Of a DNA stretch of 64,000 bases, positions 30,471-39,906 are shown piece by piece (position 1 is the stretch's first letter; each line of letters begins with the position of its first letter). Source of the DNA: Nitrospirota bacterium (GTDB lineage Bacteria > Nitrospirota > Thermodesulfovibrionia > Thermodesulfovibrionales > SM23-35); contig JACAFE010000018.1 in the NCBI GenBank assembly GCA_013388435.1, forward strand, positions 13,390 to 77,389, given 5' to 3'. The notes below the pieces were generated by a model, which ran no database searches, was not told where the DNA came from, and saw nothing but the letters and a program-made list of their open reading frames with translations. Made by a program: the position numbers and the translations under genes.

Positions 30471-30782
30471 ATGAATATCTTATTTATTTTAAGCACTGAT
30501 GATGCAGAAAAAATCTATAATGCCATGAGATTGGCAAACATAGCAGTACAAAAAGGTGATGAGGTAAATGTTTTCATGCTCGGGAAAGCAGTTTTATTTG
30601 AACAGATTAATGATGAAAAATTCAATGTAAAAGAAGAAATAGATAAATTTAAAGGCAATATGTATGTCTGAGGAGTTTGCATGAAAGCTCACGGACTTGT
30701 GAGCTCAAAAGTATGTCCAATAGGTTACATGAATGATCTTTATGAGTCAGTAAAAGAAGCTGATAAAATTATTACTTTCTGA
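30471..30782 (+). CDS. DsrE-family small redox protein with in-frame UGA (candidate selenoprotein, U-G-V-C motif)
   Basis: The 66-aa ORF stops at TGA 30669-71. The same frame then continues GVCMKAHGLVSSKVCPIGYMNDLYESVKEADKIITF to TGA 30780-82. Cys-containing ~110-aa DsrE-family proteins have ...C-G-T-C-M-x-A-R-G... at this position, as I recall. AAGGAG precedes ATG 30471. Confidence 0.75.
30686..30705 (+). other. SECIS-like hairpin downstream of UGA 30669
   Basis: AGCTCAC (30686-92) pairs with GTGAGCT (30699-705) as a 7-bp perfect stem. The 6-nt apical loop is GGACTT (starts with GG). The loop begins 21 nt after the UGA. Confidence 0.65.
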
Positions 30783-30799
30783 TTTATAAGACTAAAAAA

Positions 30800-31729
30800 T
30801 TATTCCGCTTCCAATTCCTTTACTTTTTCTGCCATGTCATCGGGCAAAGGACTTGAAAATTCCAGATATTCATTAGATACGGGGTGAATAAAACCGAGCA
30901 TTTCTGCATGAAGCATCTGCCTCGGTAAAATTATCCTTTTCCCTGTTCTTATCCTGATTTCGCATTTTTTCCCGTAAATTTTATCCCCTAAAACAGGATG
31001 TCCAATTGACGCAAAATGCACTCTAATTTGGTGGGTTCTTCCTGTTCCAAGTTTTGCCTCTATTATTGTCGCACAGGGCAATCTTCTTATGACTCTCCAT
31101 TGTGTTAATGCTTCCTTACCTCTTTTAACATAAGTTGACATTTTTTTACGATCAGACTCTGAACGGCCTATTTTTTTATTTATTTCTCCTTTGTCCTCAT
31201 TTATTATTCCGTAAACCAGAGCTATATATTTTCTATTAATTGTTCTTTTGCGAAATTGTTCAGTAAGATTGTAATAGGAAATATCATTTAAAGCGATTAC
31301 CATAACCCCTGAGGTATCCTTATCGAGTCTATGTACTACGCCGGGTCTTAATGGAGCACCGGGAGCAACGAGTTTGCCGCAATGATATGCAATTGCATTC
31401 ATCAAAGTTCCATCCTCGTGTCCAGCTGCGGGATAGACAACAATACCGGCTGGCTTATTTACAACAATAACATATTCATCTTTAAAAAGGATTTCGATTG
31501 GTAAATTCTGAGGGATGAGAACTCCATCCTTCTTCTCTTTTATATCAATCAGAATTACATCAGACTGTCTTACCCTGTATCTATTTTCTATAATTCTTCC
31601 GTTAACAGAAATATCTCCTCTATCAATAGCTTTCTGTATCTGTGAACGGGTAATGCCTGTCTTGGAAGAGAGAAAAACATCTATCCTTTGTCCTACTTCA
31701 GCAGATGTTACAATAAATTCATAATGCAT
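30800..31729 (-). CDS. rluD: 23S rRNA pseudouridine synthase, RluA family (RluD-type, with N-terminal S4 domain)
   Basis: 309 aa. The catalytic motif is HRLDKDTSGVMV, and it also has the GRTHQIRVH motif. Confidence 0.9.
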   Translation of the reverse strand: MHYEFIVTSAEVGQRIDVFLSSKTGITRSQIQKAIDRGDISVNGRIIENRYRVRQSDVILIDIKEKKDGVLIPQNLPIEILFKDEYVIVVNKPAGIVVYPAAGHEDGTLMNAIAYHCGKLVAPGAPLRPGVVHRLDKDTSGVMVIALNDISYYNLTEQFRKRTINRKYIALVYGIINEDKGEINKKIGRSESDRKKMSTYVKRGKEALTQWRVIRRLPCATIIEAKLGTGRTHQIRVHFASIGHPVLGDKIYGKKCEIRIRTGKRIILPRQMLHAEMLGFIHPVSNEYLEFSSPLPDDMAEKVKELEAE

Positions 31730-31751
31730 GGGTCAATCAGAACTTTTTGCA

Positions 31752-31958
31752 TCAGGCGTCAGCATAATCATCTTCATTATTCAAGATCCTGAGCATTCTT
31801 TCGCATACTCTGCATTCACCTGTTTCCTCTGTCCCATCCTCCCACTTAATGTACATTATGCTCGAATTCCAGCAAACTGGACAAAGAATATAATATGCTT
31901 CACCAAAACCTTTTTCATCACTGTACCTTAAAGTAGATTCTACAAAAAAACACTTCAT
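31752..31958 (-). CDS. Small hypothetical protein with CxxC...CxxC zinc-ribbon-like motif
   Basis: 68 aa with CPVC and CRVC pairs. It sits 22 nt upstream of rluD on the same strand. I recognise no family. Confidence 0.45.
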   Translation of the reverse strand: MKCFFVESTLRYSDEKGFGEAYYILCPVCWNSSIMYIKWEDGTEETGECRVCERMLRILNNEDDYADA

Positions 31959-32071
31959 ATGAAACTAATCTAATGAATTAATATACTTTTAACCTTTTTA
32001 TTATTTTAAATATTTCTTCGCTTAATATTCAAATAGTATGAATATTGTCAAATAAAAATCTGATTAATAAA

Positions 32072-32803
32072 TTAAATATGTTCTAAAAAAGCTATTTTCT
32101 TCTCTATTTGGGCACATAGACCCTGTAACATATTTAACTCCCATTCTGTTAATCCTGCTCTCCCTATGAAATGTTTAAGGTTTTTCATTATCTTTTTTTC
32201 AAGATGTCTGTCACCTCTCGGAATATATTCAAGAAGTTTTAAAAGATATTCAATTCTTTCATACAGAGCATCAAGTTTCTCATGTTCGATAAATTCGGGA
32301 GTTTCCGTCTTGTATGTTTTTTGCGCAAGTTCATATGCTACAAGCATAACACTTTGTGATAGATTCAGCGAAGCTGCCTCTGGTTCTGATGGAATGGTTA
32401 TCATAAAACCGCATTCCTCAACTTCTTGATTTAAAAGACCATTTCTCTCCCTGCCAAACAGGATTGCTATCTTATTCTTCTTTGCAGCAGCAACAATTCT
32501 TTTGACACTGTTTCTAAGAGGCAGAATTATTCCCCGCCTTTTCCCGATTCTTCTTGTAGTTCCTATAACCAGACTTTTTCCATTGATTGCTTCTTTGAAT
32601 GTTTTATAAACCACAGCTTTTTTTACCATTTCATATGCCTGACACGACATCCATTTTGCTTCTTTTGTATGAAAAGGCACTGGGTTTACGAGTTCAAGTT
32701 TGCTAAATCCCATATTTTTCATAGCTCTTGCCACAGCCCCGATATTTCCAGGCTCCTGGGGTTCGATAAGAATAAAATGTATATTGTCCTTCCATGAACT
32801 CAT
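32072..32803 (-). CDS. SpoU/TrmH-class RNA 2'-O-methyltransferase (TrmJ-like)
   Basis: 243 aa. It reads ILIEPQEPGNIGAVARAMKNMGF...LELV and has a SPOUT C-terminal knot region (LFGRERNGL...IPS...SLNLSQSV). Confidence 0.85.
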   Translation of the reverse strand: MSSWKDNIHFILIEPQEPGNIGAVARAMKNMGFSKLELVNPVPFHTKEAKWMSCQAYEMVKKAVVYKTFKEAINGKSLVIGTTRRIGKRRGIILPLRNSVKRIVAAAKKNKIAILFGRERNGLLNQEVEECGFMITIPSEPEAASLNLSQSVMLVAYELAQKTYKTETPEFIEHEKLDALYERIEYLLKLLEYIPRGDRHLEKKIMKNLKHFIGRAGLTEWELNMLQGLCAQIEKKIAFLEHI

Positions 32804-32901
32804 AATTAAATATTTTACCCTGTAATCCTAAATAATGCAGACATTGCTCATAGATTATGGCTCATGGTTTATAGTTAATAACTAATAAAATAATTAAATG
32901 T

Positions 32902-33061
32902 CAATAACTCAATTTATGAAACAAAATCACAGGTCTCTTTTTAATGAGGCTGAAGACGAGGCGTAAGCCTCAGAGATAAAATAGGCAACTACATTACAAT
33001 ACAAATAAAGTAATGTTTCTATGATAAGGTAGTTTATTTTGTTTCATAAATTGAGTTATTG
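32902..33061. repeat. 26-bp perfect inverted repeat flanking a 108-nt spacer
   Basis: CAATAACTCAATTTATGAAACAAAAT (32902-32927) is the exact reverse complement of 33036-33061. The spacer contains a 7-bp hairpin, TGAGGCT/AGCCTCA (32945-32972). Confidence 0.9.
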
Positions 33062-33373
33062 CCAGCATACAACCCCCTGACCCACTTATTAAAGGTAAAC
33101 AAAGGGGTTGTTAAAAATAATAAACTTTTTCGCAACATCTGCAATTATTTCAATTGCTTTTTTCGGATTAATTTATACACTAATAATACAGAAAAATTCT
33201 TTTATACTTTAACATAAATAAATTTGTATAATAAATTTTATACTAATAAGGTAATTTCAAAAGTTTCATGAAAAATGAGGAAATAATACTAAAACACAGA
33301 GGGCATATATAGTTATTCTCCGTGTCTTCGGTGGTTAAGTTTTGACAATACTCTATAAACGAGAGGAGTTTTT

Positions 33374-33925
33374 ATGGAAAAATTTTATCTTGACAGGAAT
33401 AATGTAGCTCTTGTAATTATTGATATTCAGGAAAGACTCGCTGCTGTTATGAAAGAAAAAGACAAAGTCATAAATAACTGTCTGCATCTTGTAGAATTAT
33501 CAAAGTTATTACATATACCTATAATATTAACAGAACAATATCCAAAGGGTCTCGGGTTAACTGTTGAAGAAATTAAGAATGCTCTACCGGAATACTCTCC
33601 CATTGAAAAGCTAACTTTTAGTTGTTGCGATGAACCTTCTTTTATTAACGAAGTCAGGAAAATAAATAAAAAGACCCTGATTCTTTCAGGTATGGAATCA
33701 CATGTATGTCTTCTTCAAACTTGTATCGGGCTTTTATCCATCGGATATAACGTTCATGTTGTTAAAGATGCCATTTGCTCAAGAACCAAAGATAACTGGA
33801 AAACAGGGATTGAATTTATGAGAGACGCAGGGGCTGTGATTACATGCACCGAAACAGTACTTTTCCAATTGCTGAAAATCGCAGGAACACAGGAATTCAA
33901 GACAATATCTGCGAGAATTAAATAA
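33374..33925 (+). CDS. Isochorismatase-family cysteine hydrolase
   Basis: 183 aa with typical family features: ALVIIDIQ..., and a catalytic Cys in GMESHVCLLQT. Confidence 0.8.
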   Translation: MEKFYLDRNNVALVIIDIQERLAAVMKEKDKVINNCLHLVELSKLLHIPIILTEQYPKGLGLTVEEIKNALPEYSPIEKLTFSCCDEPSFINEVRKINKKTLILSGMESHVCLLQTCIGLLSIGYNVHVVKDAICSRTKDNWKTGIEFMRDAGAVITCTETVLFQLLKIAGTQEFKTISARIK

Positions 33926-33951
33926 CCCGATTAAGAAAATGTTTTCTTATC

Positions 33952-34770
33952 TTACAGGTTTGGTTCTTCCTTCTTCCATCCTGTGAGACAATCCTGTATG
34001 AATTTGATTATTTTCTCATGTTCTTCTGCTCCCCTTCCCTGTATTTTTAAAGGTTCTCCGAACCTGAACCATACTTTTTTCTTAATATCTATTTTTCCAA
34101 AATCTTTTATAATTTTCCCGATACCCCATGCATCTGTTTTTAATGCAAATGGAACTACAGGCACATTTGCCCTTACAGCAAGCTTTACCCCGAGTGAATT
34201 AAACTCCTCGGGTTTAAATTCAACCGAACGCGTGCTTTGCGGAAAAATTATGATTGATATGCCTTTCTGGATTTTTTTTACTCCTTCTTCCATTACTGTT
34301 TTGAAATCCTCCCGTGGATTTACCCTGCCAACTGCAATTGGATCCCTTGAACGCATTACGTGTTTAAAAACAGGCATATGAAGAAGGTCTCTTTTTACTA
34401 CGAATGTAACCGGCTTCAAAGGCTGGATAATACATGGCAGAACAAATGTTTCAAGTACACTCATATGATTTCCAACAAAAACAACAGGACCTTCGAAAAC
34501 TGAAATATTTTTCAGGCCGCTTACATTAATAATAATTCCAACATTTTCAAGAGTTCTGAGAATCCCGTAACTCGCTTTTACCCAGTCTTCATTAGTGTAT
34601 TGCCTGAATGCAGCTTTTGCGCCATTGCTTAAAACATACCATAATATTTGGGGATAAAATGATAATTTACTCGATAGAAAAAATCTGGAAGGAAATGAGC
34701 GTTTCCTTTCAGGGTCGGTTATATAGCAGTCATTTTTTGATAAATAAAAATTATCATCGAGGATTTCCAT
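33952..34770 (-). CDS. Lysophospholipid (1-acyl-sn-glycerol-3-phosphate) acyltransferase family protein
   Basis: 272 aa. The acyltransferase block is FVGNHMSVLET (HX4D-type, with E in place of D), and an IFPQSTRS block is also present. Confidence 0.7.
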   Translation of the reverse strand: MEILDDNFYLSKNDCYITDPERKRSFPSRFFLSSKLSFYPQILWYVLSNGAKAAFRQYTNEDWVKASYGILRTLENVGIIINVSGLKNISVFEGPVVFVGNHMSVLETFVLPCIIQPLKPVTFVVKRDLLHMPVFKHVMRSRDPIAVGRVNPREDFKTVMEEGVKKIQKGISIIIFPQSTRSVEFKPEEFNSLGVKLAVRANVPVVPFALKTDAWGIGKIIKDFGKIDIKKKVWFRFGEPLKIQGRGAEEHEKIIKFIQDCLTGWKKEEPNL

Positions 34771-34821
34771 ATAGAAGGATTATTTATATAAATTTTTATA
34801 TTGTGGAAAATCTTAGATGTT

Positions 34822-36249
34822 CTAAAAACCTTTTAGAGCAGCACGTGCGAATTCTACAAGCATTGTCGGAAAAACACCTATAATTAACACTGCTGCTGTT
34901 GTAACAGCAAGGGCTAATCCATTTGTAAATGATGTTGTCAAAGGTAGTTCAGTTTTTGGATCCCTCATATACATATACATTACAACTCGCAAATAGAAGT
35001 ATGCTGATATAGCGCTGAATATAACAGCTACAATAACAAGCCATGTGTATCCCGCGTTAATTGCAGCCATAAAAACATATAATTTACCAATAAAGCCTGC
35101 TGTTGGCGGAATTCCTGTCAATGAAAACATAAAAATTAACATCAGTGCAGCAGCTAAAGGGTGTGTTTTTGAAAGTCCTTCATAATCACTTAAATCTTCA
35201 CCTTTTATCCCTTCGCTTCTGAGCATAATAATAACTGCAAACGCTCCGATATTCATGAAAGCATAAATAAACAGATAATTCATCATGCTCGATATTCCTT
35301 CAGAATTAGCCGTAATTATACCGAGTAGAGCATATCCTGCATGAGCTATAGAAGAATAGGCAAGCATTCTCTTTATATTTGTCTGGGATAGTGCAACAAT
35401 ATTACCAACCGCCATAGTAAGAATTGATATGGGAATTAAAATAGTTGCCCAGTCTGCTTTTACTGCTGCAAATGCTATCATAAAAACTCTTCCAATAACA
35501 GCAAATCCAGCAGCTTTTGGTCCAACTGACATGAATGCTGTTATTGATGTTGGTGCACCTTCATATACATCGGGTGCCCACATATGAAATGGAGCAGCGG
35601 CAATCTTGAATCCAAAAGCAACAGTAAGCATTCCAATTGCAAGAAGTAAAGATAGGTTTCCGCTCAAACCTCTTTCTGTTATGAATGTTGCTATCAATCT
35701 CAGATCTGTTGTGCCAGTAAGTCCATATACTATAGAGATACCATAAAGCAAAAATCCTGATGAAAAAGCTCCCAGAAGAAAATATTTAAGCGCGGATTCT
35801 GTTGATTTAAGATTATGCCTTATAAACCCAGCTAATACATAAGTGCTTAATGCCATTAATTCAAGACCAAGGTAAAGTGTTATCAGGTCAGAAGCTGAGG
35901 CCATTATCATCATACCTATAGTTGAAAAGAGTATTAAACTATAATATTCGCCATAATTTACTCTTTCTACAGCAATGTATTTAATCGAAATCAATATCGT
36001 TAATATGACATTTATAAAAAATATGATTTTGAAGAATGTGCTATAACCATCAGCTATGTACATACCCCCGAACGTAGAACCTGTTGTTTTCAGAAGGCTT
36101 AGTGATATTATTGCTGTTCCTGCAATGCTAATTACAGCTACAGCTTCTTTCTTTTTTATAAGCAGATCAAGTAAAAGCACAATTAATGCAAATGCAGTCA
36201 TTAGTATTTCAGGCATTACAGGATTGAGATCAGGAAGGGGGAAATTCAT
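34822..36249 (-). CDS. nuoN: NADH-quinone oxidoreductase (complex I-type) subunit N
   Basis: 475 aa antiporter-like subunit. It is the last gene of the nuo cluster, and its start overlaps the nuoM stop (ATGA). Confidence 0.9.
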   Translation of the reverse strand: MNFPLPDLNPVMPEILMTAFALIVLLLDLLIKKKEAVAVISIAGTAIISLSLLKTTGSTFGGMYIADGYSTFFKIIFFINVILTILISIKYIAVERVNYGEYYSLILFSTIGMMIMASASDLITLYLGLELMALSTYVLAGFIRHNLKSTESALKYFLLGAFSSGFLLYGISIVYGLTGTTDLRLIATFITERGLSGNLSLLLAIGMLTVAFGFKIAAAPFHMWAPDVYEGAPTSITAFMSVGPKAAGFAVIGRVFMIAFAAVKADWATILIPISILTMAVGNIVALSQTNIKRMLAYSSIAHAGYALLGIITANSEGISSMMNYLFIYAFMNIGAFAVIIMLRSEGIKGEDLSDYEGLSKTHPLAAALMLIFMFSLTGIPPTAGFIGKLYVFMAAINAGYTWLVIVAVIFSAISAYFYLRVVMYMYMRDPKTELPLTTSFTNGLALAVTTAAVLIIGVFPTMLVEFARAALKGF

Positions 36250-37787
36250 CTGATTACCTCCATAATATTTTTAGCTATCTGTGCTTCCTGTGCCATTCCA
36301 CCACTATTAACTCTTTCTAAAAGATGTTGCACAGAAGTATGCATGAAGCTTAAGAAAGAATTGGGATAAACACCTATCCAGAATACAAGTATGAGCATGG
36401 GTAACAATGCTATAGTCTCTCTTACATTCATATCAACCAATCCGTGAAGCTTTGGATTTACCTCCATAAAAAACACTCTTTGATATAACCAGAGCATATA
36501 GCCAGCACCTATAATTATTCCGGTGCATGCGAGAACTCCAGCCCATTTATTTGCTGCAAATCCACCTAAAAGAATTAAGAATTCACCAATAAAACCATTT
36601 GTTGCAGGAAGTCCAATCGCCGCCAGAGTAAATACCATAAAAAATGATGAATATATTGGCATTTCTGTAGCAAGTCCGCCATAATCAGCTATTCTTCGTG
36701 TATGTGTTCTTTCATAAACAACTCCTACAGACAAAAAGAGTGCACCTGTTACCACACCATGATTAAGCATCTGGAGTATTCCGCCTTCGACTCCCTGTGT
36801 ATTCAGCGCAAAGATACCAAGTGTAACAAATCCCATATGACTTACAGAACTATATGCAATAAGTCTTTTCAGGTCTGTCTGGCCGAGACAGATAATCGCG
36901 CCGTAAATAATAGCTATAACTGATAAAGTCAGCATTACTGGCGTCATCGCTTTTGATGCTTCAGGAAGTAGAGGCAAAGAGAACCTCAGGAAACCGTAAG
37001 CTCCCATTTTAATAAGAACAGCAGCAAGAATAACCGAACCAGCTGTTGGAGCTTCAGTATGCGCATCTGGCAACCAGGTATGTACAGGCCACATCGGTAC
37101 TTTTACAGCAAAAGCTGCAAAAAATGCCCAGAAAAGCCAGATTTGCATTGTATAAGGATAATGCTTGGTCATCATTGTAAGAATATCGAATGTTTTTCCA
37201 GAATATAAATAAAGTACGATTATTCCAACAAGCATCAGAACGCTTCCGACTAATGTATAAAGGAAAAACTTAATTGCGGCATATACGCGATTCGGACCGC
37301 CCCAGACACCAATAATAAGGAACATCGGTATAAGCATCGCTTCCCAGAAAAGATAGAAAAGAAAGAAATCGAGGGCGCAGAAAACACCGATCATAAAAGA
37401 TGTTGTTAATAATATCGCTATATAAAACTCTTTAATTTTGTTTGTAATCGCTGTCCATGAAATAAGCACGCAAAGAATAGCGCACAGCGTTGAAAGCAGT
37501 ATAAACAGAACGCTTATACCATCAACTCCGAGAAAATAGTAAATATTCCAGTTAGGAATCCATGAGAATCTCTCAACAAACTGCATTTTATGGGTGGTCT
37601 TATCAAAATGAGTAAACAAAGGTATTGAAGCCACAAAAGTCAAAATGCTCGTTCCCAATGCAATCCATTTTGTGAGTGTCTCCCATGATCTTTTGTTAAT
37701 TAGAATTAGAAGTGCGCCCAAAACTGGCAGAAATATAACGGTGCTGAGTATAGGGTAATTCAGATTATTCATTATTACCTGTTCCAT
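36246..37787 (-). CDS. nuoM: Complex I-type subunit M
   Basis: 513 aa Mrp-antiporter-like protein with the WLPDAHTEAPTAGSVILA motif. Confidence 0.9.
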   Translation of the reverse strand: MEQVIMNNLNYPILSTVIFLPVLGALLILINKRSWETLTKWIALGTSILTFVASIPLFTHFDKTTHKMQFVERFSWIPNWNIYYFLGVDGISVLFILLSTLCAILCVLISWTAITNKIKEFYIAILLTTSFMIGVFCALDFFLFYLFWEAMLIPMFLIIGVWGGPNRVYAAIKFFLYTLVGSVLMLVGIIVLYLYSGKTFDILTMMTKHYPYTMQIWLFWAFFAAFAVKVPMWPVHTWLPDAHTEAPTAGSVILAAVLIKMGAYGFLRFSLPLLPEASKAMTPVMLTLSVIAIIYGAIICLGQTDLKRLIAYSSVSHMGFVTLGIFALNTQGVEGGILQMLNHGVVTGALFLSVGVVYERTHTRRIADYGGLATEMPIYSSFFMVFTLAAIGLPATNGFIGEFLILLGGFAANKWAGVLACTGIIIGAGYMLWLYQRVFFMEVNPKLHGLVDMNVRETIALLPMLILVFWIGVYPNSFLSFMHTSVQHLLERVNSGGMAQEAQIAKNIMEVIR

Positions 37788-37816
37788 TGTTCTCCTCTAA
37801 GAGTTCTTAATCCTTT

Positions 37817-39877
37817 TTAACTCAATAAAATTATCAGGGCAACTATAAAAACTGCACCTGCTGCCATAAATATTGCATAATGATGCGCTATACCTGTCTG
37901 AAGTCTTCTGAGTTTCTGGCTAAATATTCCTATCAAATTCGGCACACCATTTACTATACCTTCAATTATCTTAGCATCTGTAAATCCTACAAGAATTTTA
38001 TTCGCAAGTTTAAGAGTTGGCTGCACTATTGTAAGATTGTAAAATTCATCTACATAATACTTGTTGTATAAAATTTTATATAAAAGCGAGAACTGTTTTG
38101 AGATTCTCTCCGGCAAATCAGTTTTCCTGAGATACATAAATGCAGAAAGTCCTAATCCAATGAGCGCTATTGTTGTTGATAGTATCATTACACCCCATTC
38201 CTCTGCGTGAGTAGCGTGGAATTCTGGATGACCCACAACAGGCTGAAGGAAATGAGCAAAATGATTTCCACCTCCGAGTAAAGGCGGAATACCAACCCAA
38301 CCGGCAGCTACCGCTCCAATAGCAAGGAACATTAAAGGTACTGTCATAATATAAGGTGATTCATGTGGGCCATGACCACCATGTGAATCATGTCCCGAAC
38401 CATGTGATGATGAACCATGTCCATGTGGATCGTGACCAGAACTGTGAGAGTCATGACTTGAGCTATGTGAACTGCTGTGTGCATGTGTTGCTGCTTCCTC
38501 TGCCGCAAGCCCGCCGCGATATTCTCCAAAGAATGTCCTGAATATTAATCTGAATGTATAAAAAGGTGTAAAGAATGCTCCAGCAAGTGCAAGTATCCAT
38601 ACAAATTTACCCACACTTGAATGAGAGGCATATGCAGACCATATTATTTCATCTTTGCTGAAGAATCCCGAAAGTCCAGGAAATCCTCCTGCGCTTAAAC
38701 CCGCAATAACGAAAACCGCGTATGTAATAGGCATATATTTTTTCAGTCCACCCATAAATTGAATATTGTTTGTGTGAACTGCATGGATTACACTACCTGC
38801 TGCAAGGAATAATAGCGCTTTAAAAAACGCATGGGTATAAAGATGGAATATACCTGCTGCATAGGCGCCAACTCCACAGGCAAGAAACATGTAGCCTAAA
38901 TGGCTGCAAGTAGAGAAGGCTATTATTCTCTTTATATCATTTTGTGTAATAGCAATCGTTGCCGCAAAGAACATTGTCAATGCTCCGATTATTGCCACTG
39001 TATTCATCGCAATTTCGGAAAGATTGAAAATTGGATTGCATCTCGCAACAAGAAATACACCTGCAGTAACCATTGTTGCAGCATGGATTAATGCGCTGAC
39101 AGGAGTGGGTCCTTCCATTGCATCTGGAAGCCAGACATGTAATGGAATCTGCGCTGATTTTCCGACAGCGCCACAGAATAATAAAAGGGCGATAAGAGTT
39201 GGAAGGTCAACATTAAAGCCAAGAAAATCAACTGTTTTACCAGCAATACTATTAACATTTGCAAAAACATCTGCGTAATGTAAAGTGCCGAATGTAAGAA
39301 ATACCATAAATACGCCGATGCCAAACCCGAAGTCACCGAATCTATTGACTATGAATGCTTTCTTTCCAGCATCTGCTGCAGATTTCTTATTGAAATAATA
39401 TCCAATCAAGAAATATGAGCAAAGTCCCACACCTTCCCAGCCAAAATAAAGCTGGAGGAAATTATTTCCCATTACGAGCATTAGCATGCAGAATGTAAAA
39501 AGATTCAGGTAAGCAAAAAATCTATAATAACCTGTGTCGCCATGCATATAACCTATTGCGTAAATATGAATTAATGTAGCACAGGTTGTAACAACAATCA
39601 GCATAACTGCTGTTAAAGGGTCAATTAAGAATCCTACGCCGACTTTAAATGTGCCTGAAATTATCCATGTATAAAGATCAGCATCAATTATCTTTCCTGC
39701 AAGAACATCCTGAAGTGTCGCAAGTGCGCAGAGCCATGAACCAAAAACAGAAGAGACAGCAAACCAGTGCGCTTTATATCTGGTTACTTCCCTGCCAAGA
39801 AGAATGTTAATTATAAATCCAGTAAGCGGAAGAAAAGGTATTAAAACATGATACCATTGTAATTCCATATTTGCCAT
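37817..39877 (-). CDS. nuoL: Complex I-type subunit L (with His/Ser/Gly-rich insertion)
   Basis: 686 aa with the WLPDAMEGPTPVSALIHAATMV motif and a C-terminal extension consistent with a lateral helix. A low-complexity THAHSSSHSSSHDSHSSGHDPHGHGSSSHGSGHDSHGGHGPHE segment lies at 38360-38488. Confidence 0.9.
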   Translation of the reverse strand: MANMELQWYHVLIPFLPLTGFIINILLGREVTRYKAHWFAVSSVFGSWLCALATLQDVLAGKIIDADLYTWIISGTFKVGVGFLIDPLTAVMLIVVTTCATLIHIYAIGYMHGDTGYYRFFAYLNLFTFCMLMLVMGNNFLQLYFGWEGVGLCSYFLIGYYFNKKSAADAGKKAFIVNRFGDFGFGIGVFMVFLTFGTLHYADVFANVNSIAGKTVDFLGFNVDLPTLIALLLFCGAVGKSAQIPLHVWLPDAMEGPTPVSALIHAATMVTAGVFLVARCNPIFNLSEIAMNTVAIIGALTMFFAATIAITQNDIKRIIAFSTCSHLGYMFLACGVGAYAAGIFHLYTHAFFKALLFLAAGSVIHAVHTNNIQFMGGLKKYMPITYAVFVIAGLSAGGFPGLSGFFSKDEIIWSAYASHSSVGKFVWILALAGAFFTPFYTFRLIFRTFFGEYRGGLAAEEAATHAHSSSHSSSHDSHSSGHDPHGHGSSSHGSGHDSHGGHGPHESPYIMTVPLMFLAIGAVAAGWVGIPPLLGGGNHFAHFLQPVVGHPEFHATHAEEWGVMILSTTIALIGLGLSAFMYLRKTDLPERISKQFSLLYKILYNKYYVDEFYNLTIVQPTLKLANKILVGFTDAKIIEGIVNGVPNLIGIFSQKLRRLQTGIAHHYAIFMAAGAVFIVALIILLS

Positions 39878-39906
39878 ATTCTTATTCCTCTATACTCATT
39901 TGTTAA

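Noticed and set aside
30471-30671. The 66-aa ORF as a complete small protein
   Set aside because: The frame stays open for 36 more conserved-looking codons after the TGA. The TGA aligns with a family redox Cys, and a SECIS-like hairpin follows.
32024-32051. 8-bp inverted repeat AATATTCA-N7-TGAATATT next to a minus-strand TTGACA, as promoter/operator of the Zn-ribbon/rluD unit
   Set aside because: No acceptable -10 lies at the right spacing. AT-rich palindromes of this size are expected by chance in this genome.
32916-33047. Two tiny convergent ORFs (16 and 17 aa), each starting at the ATGAAACAAAAT within an arm of the 26-bp inverted repeat
   Set aside because: They have no SD. The shared start is a trivial consequence of the repeat symmetry.
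38344-38541. His-rich 61-aa ORFs on both strands
   Set aside because: They are artefacts of the CAT/CAC-rich repeat that encodes the His-rich loop of NuoL.
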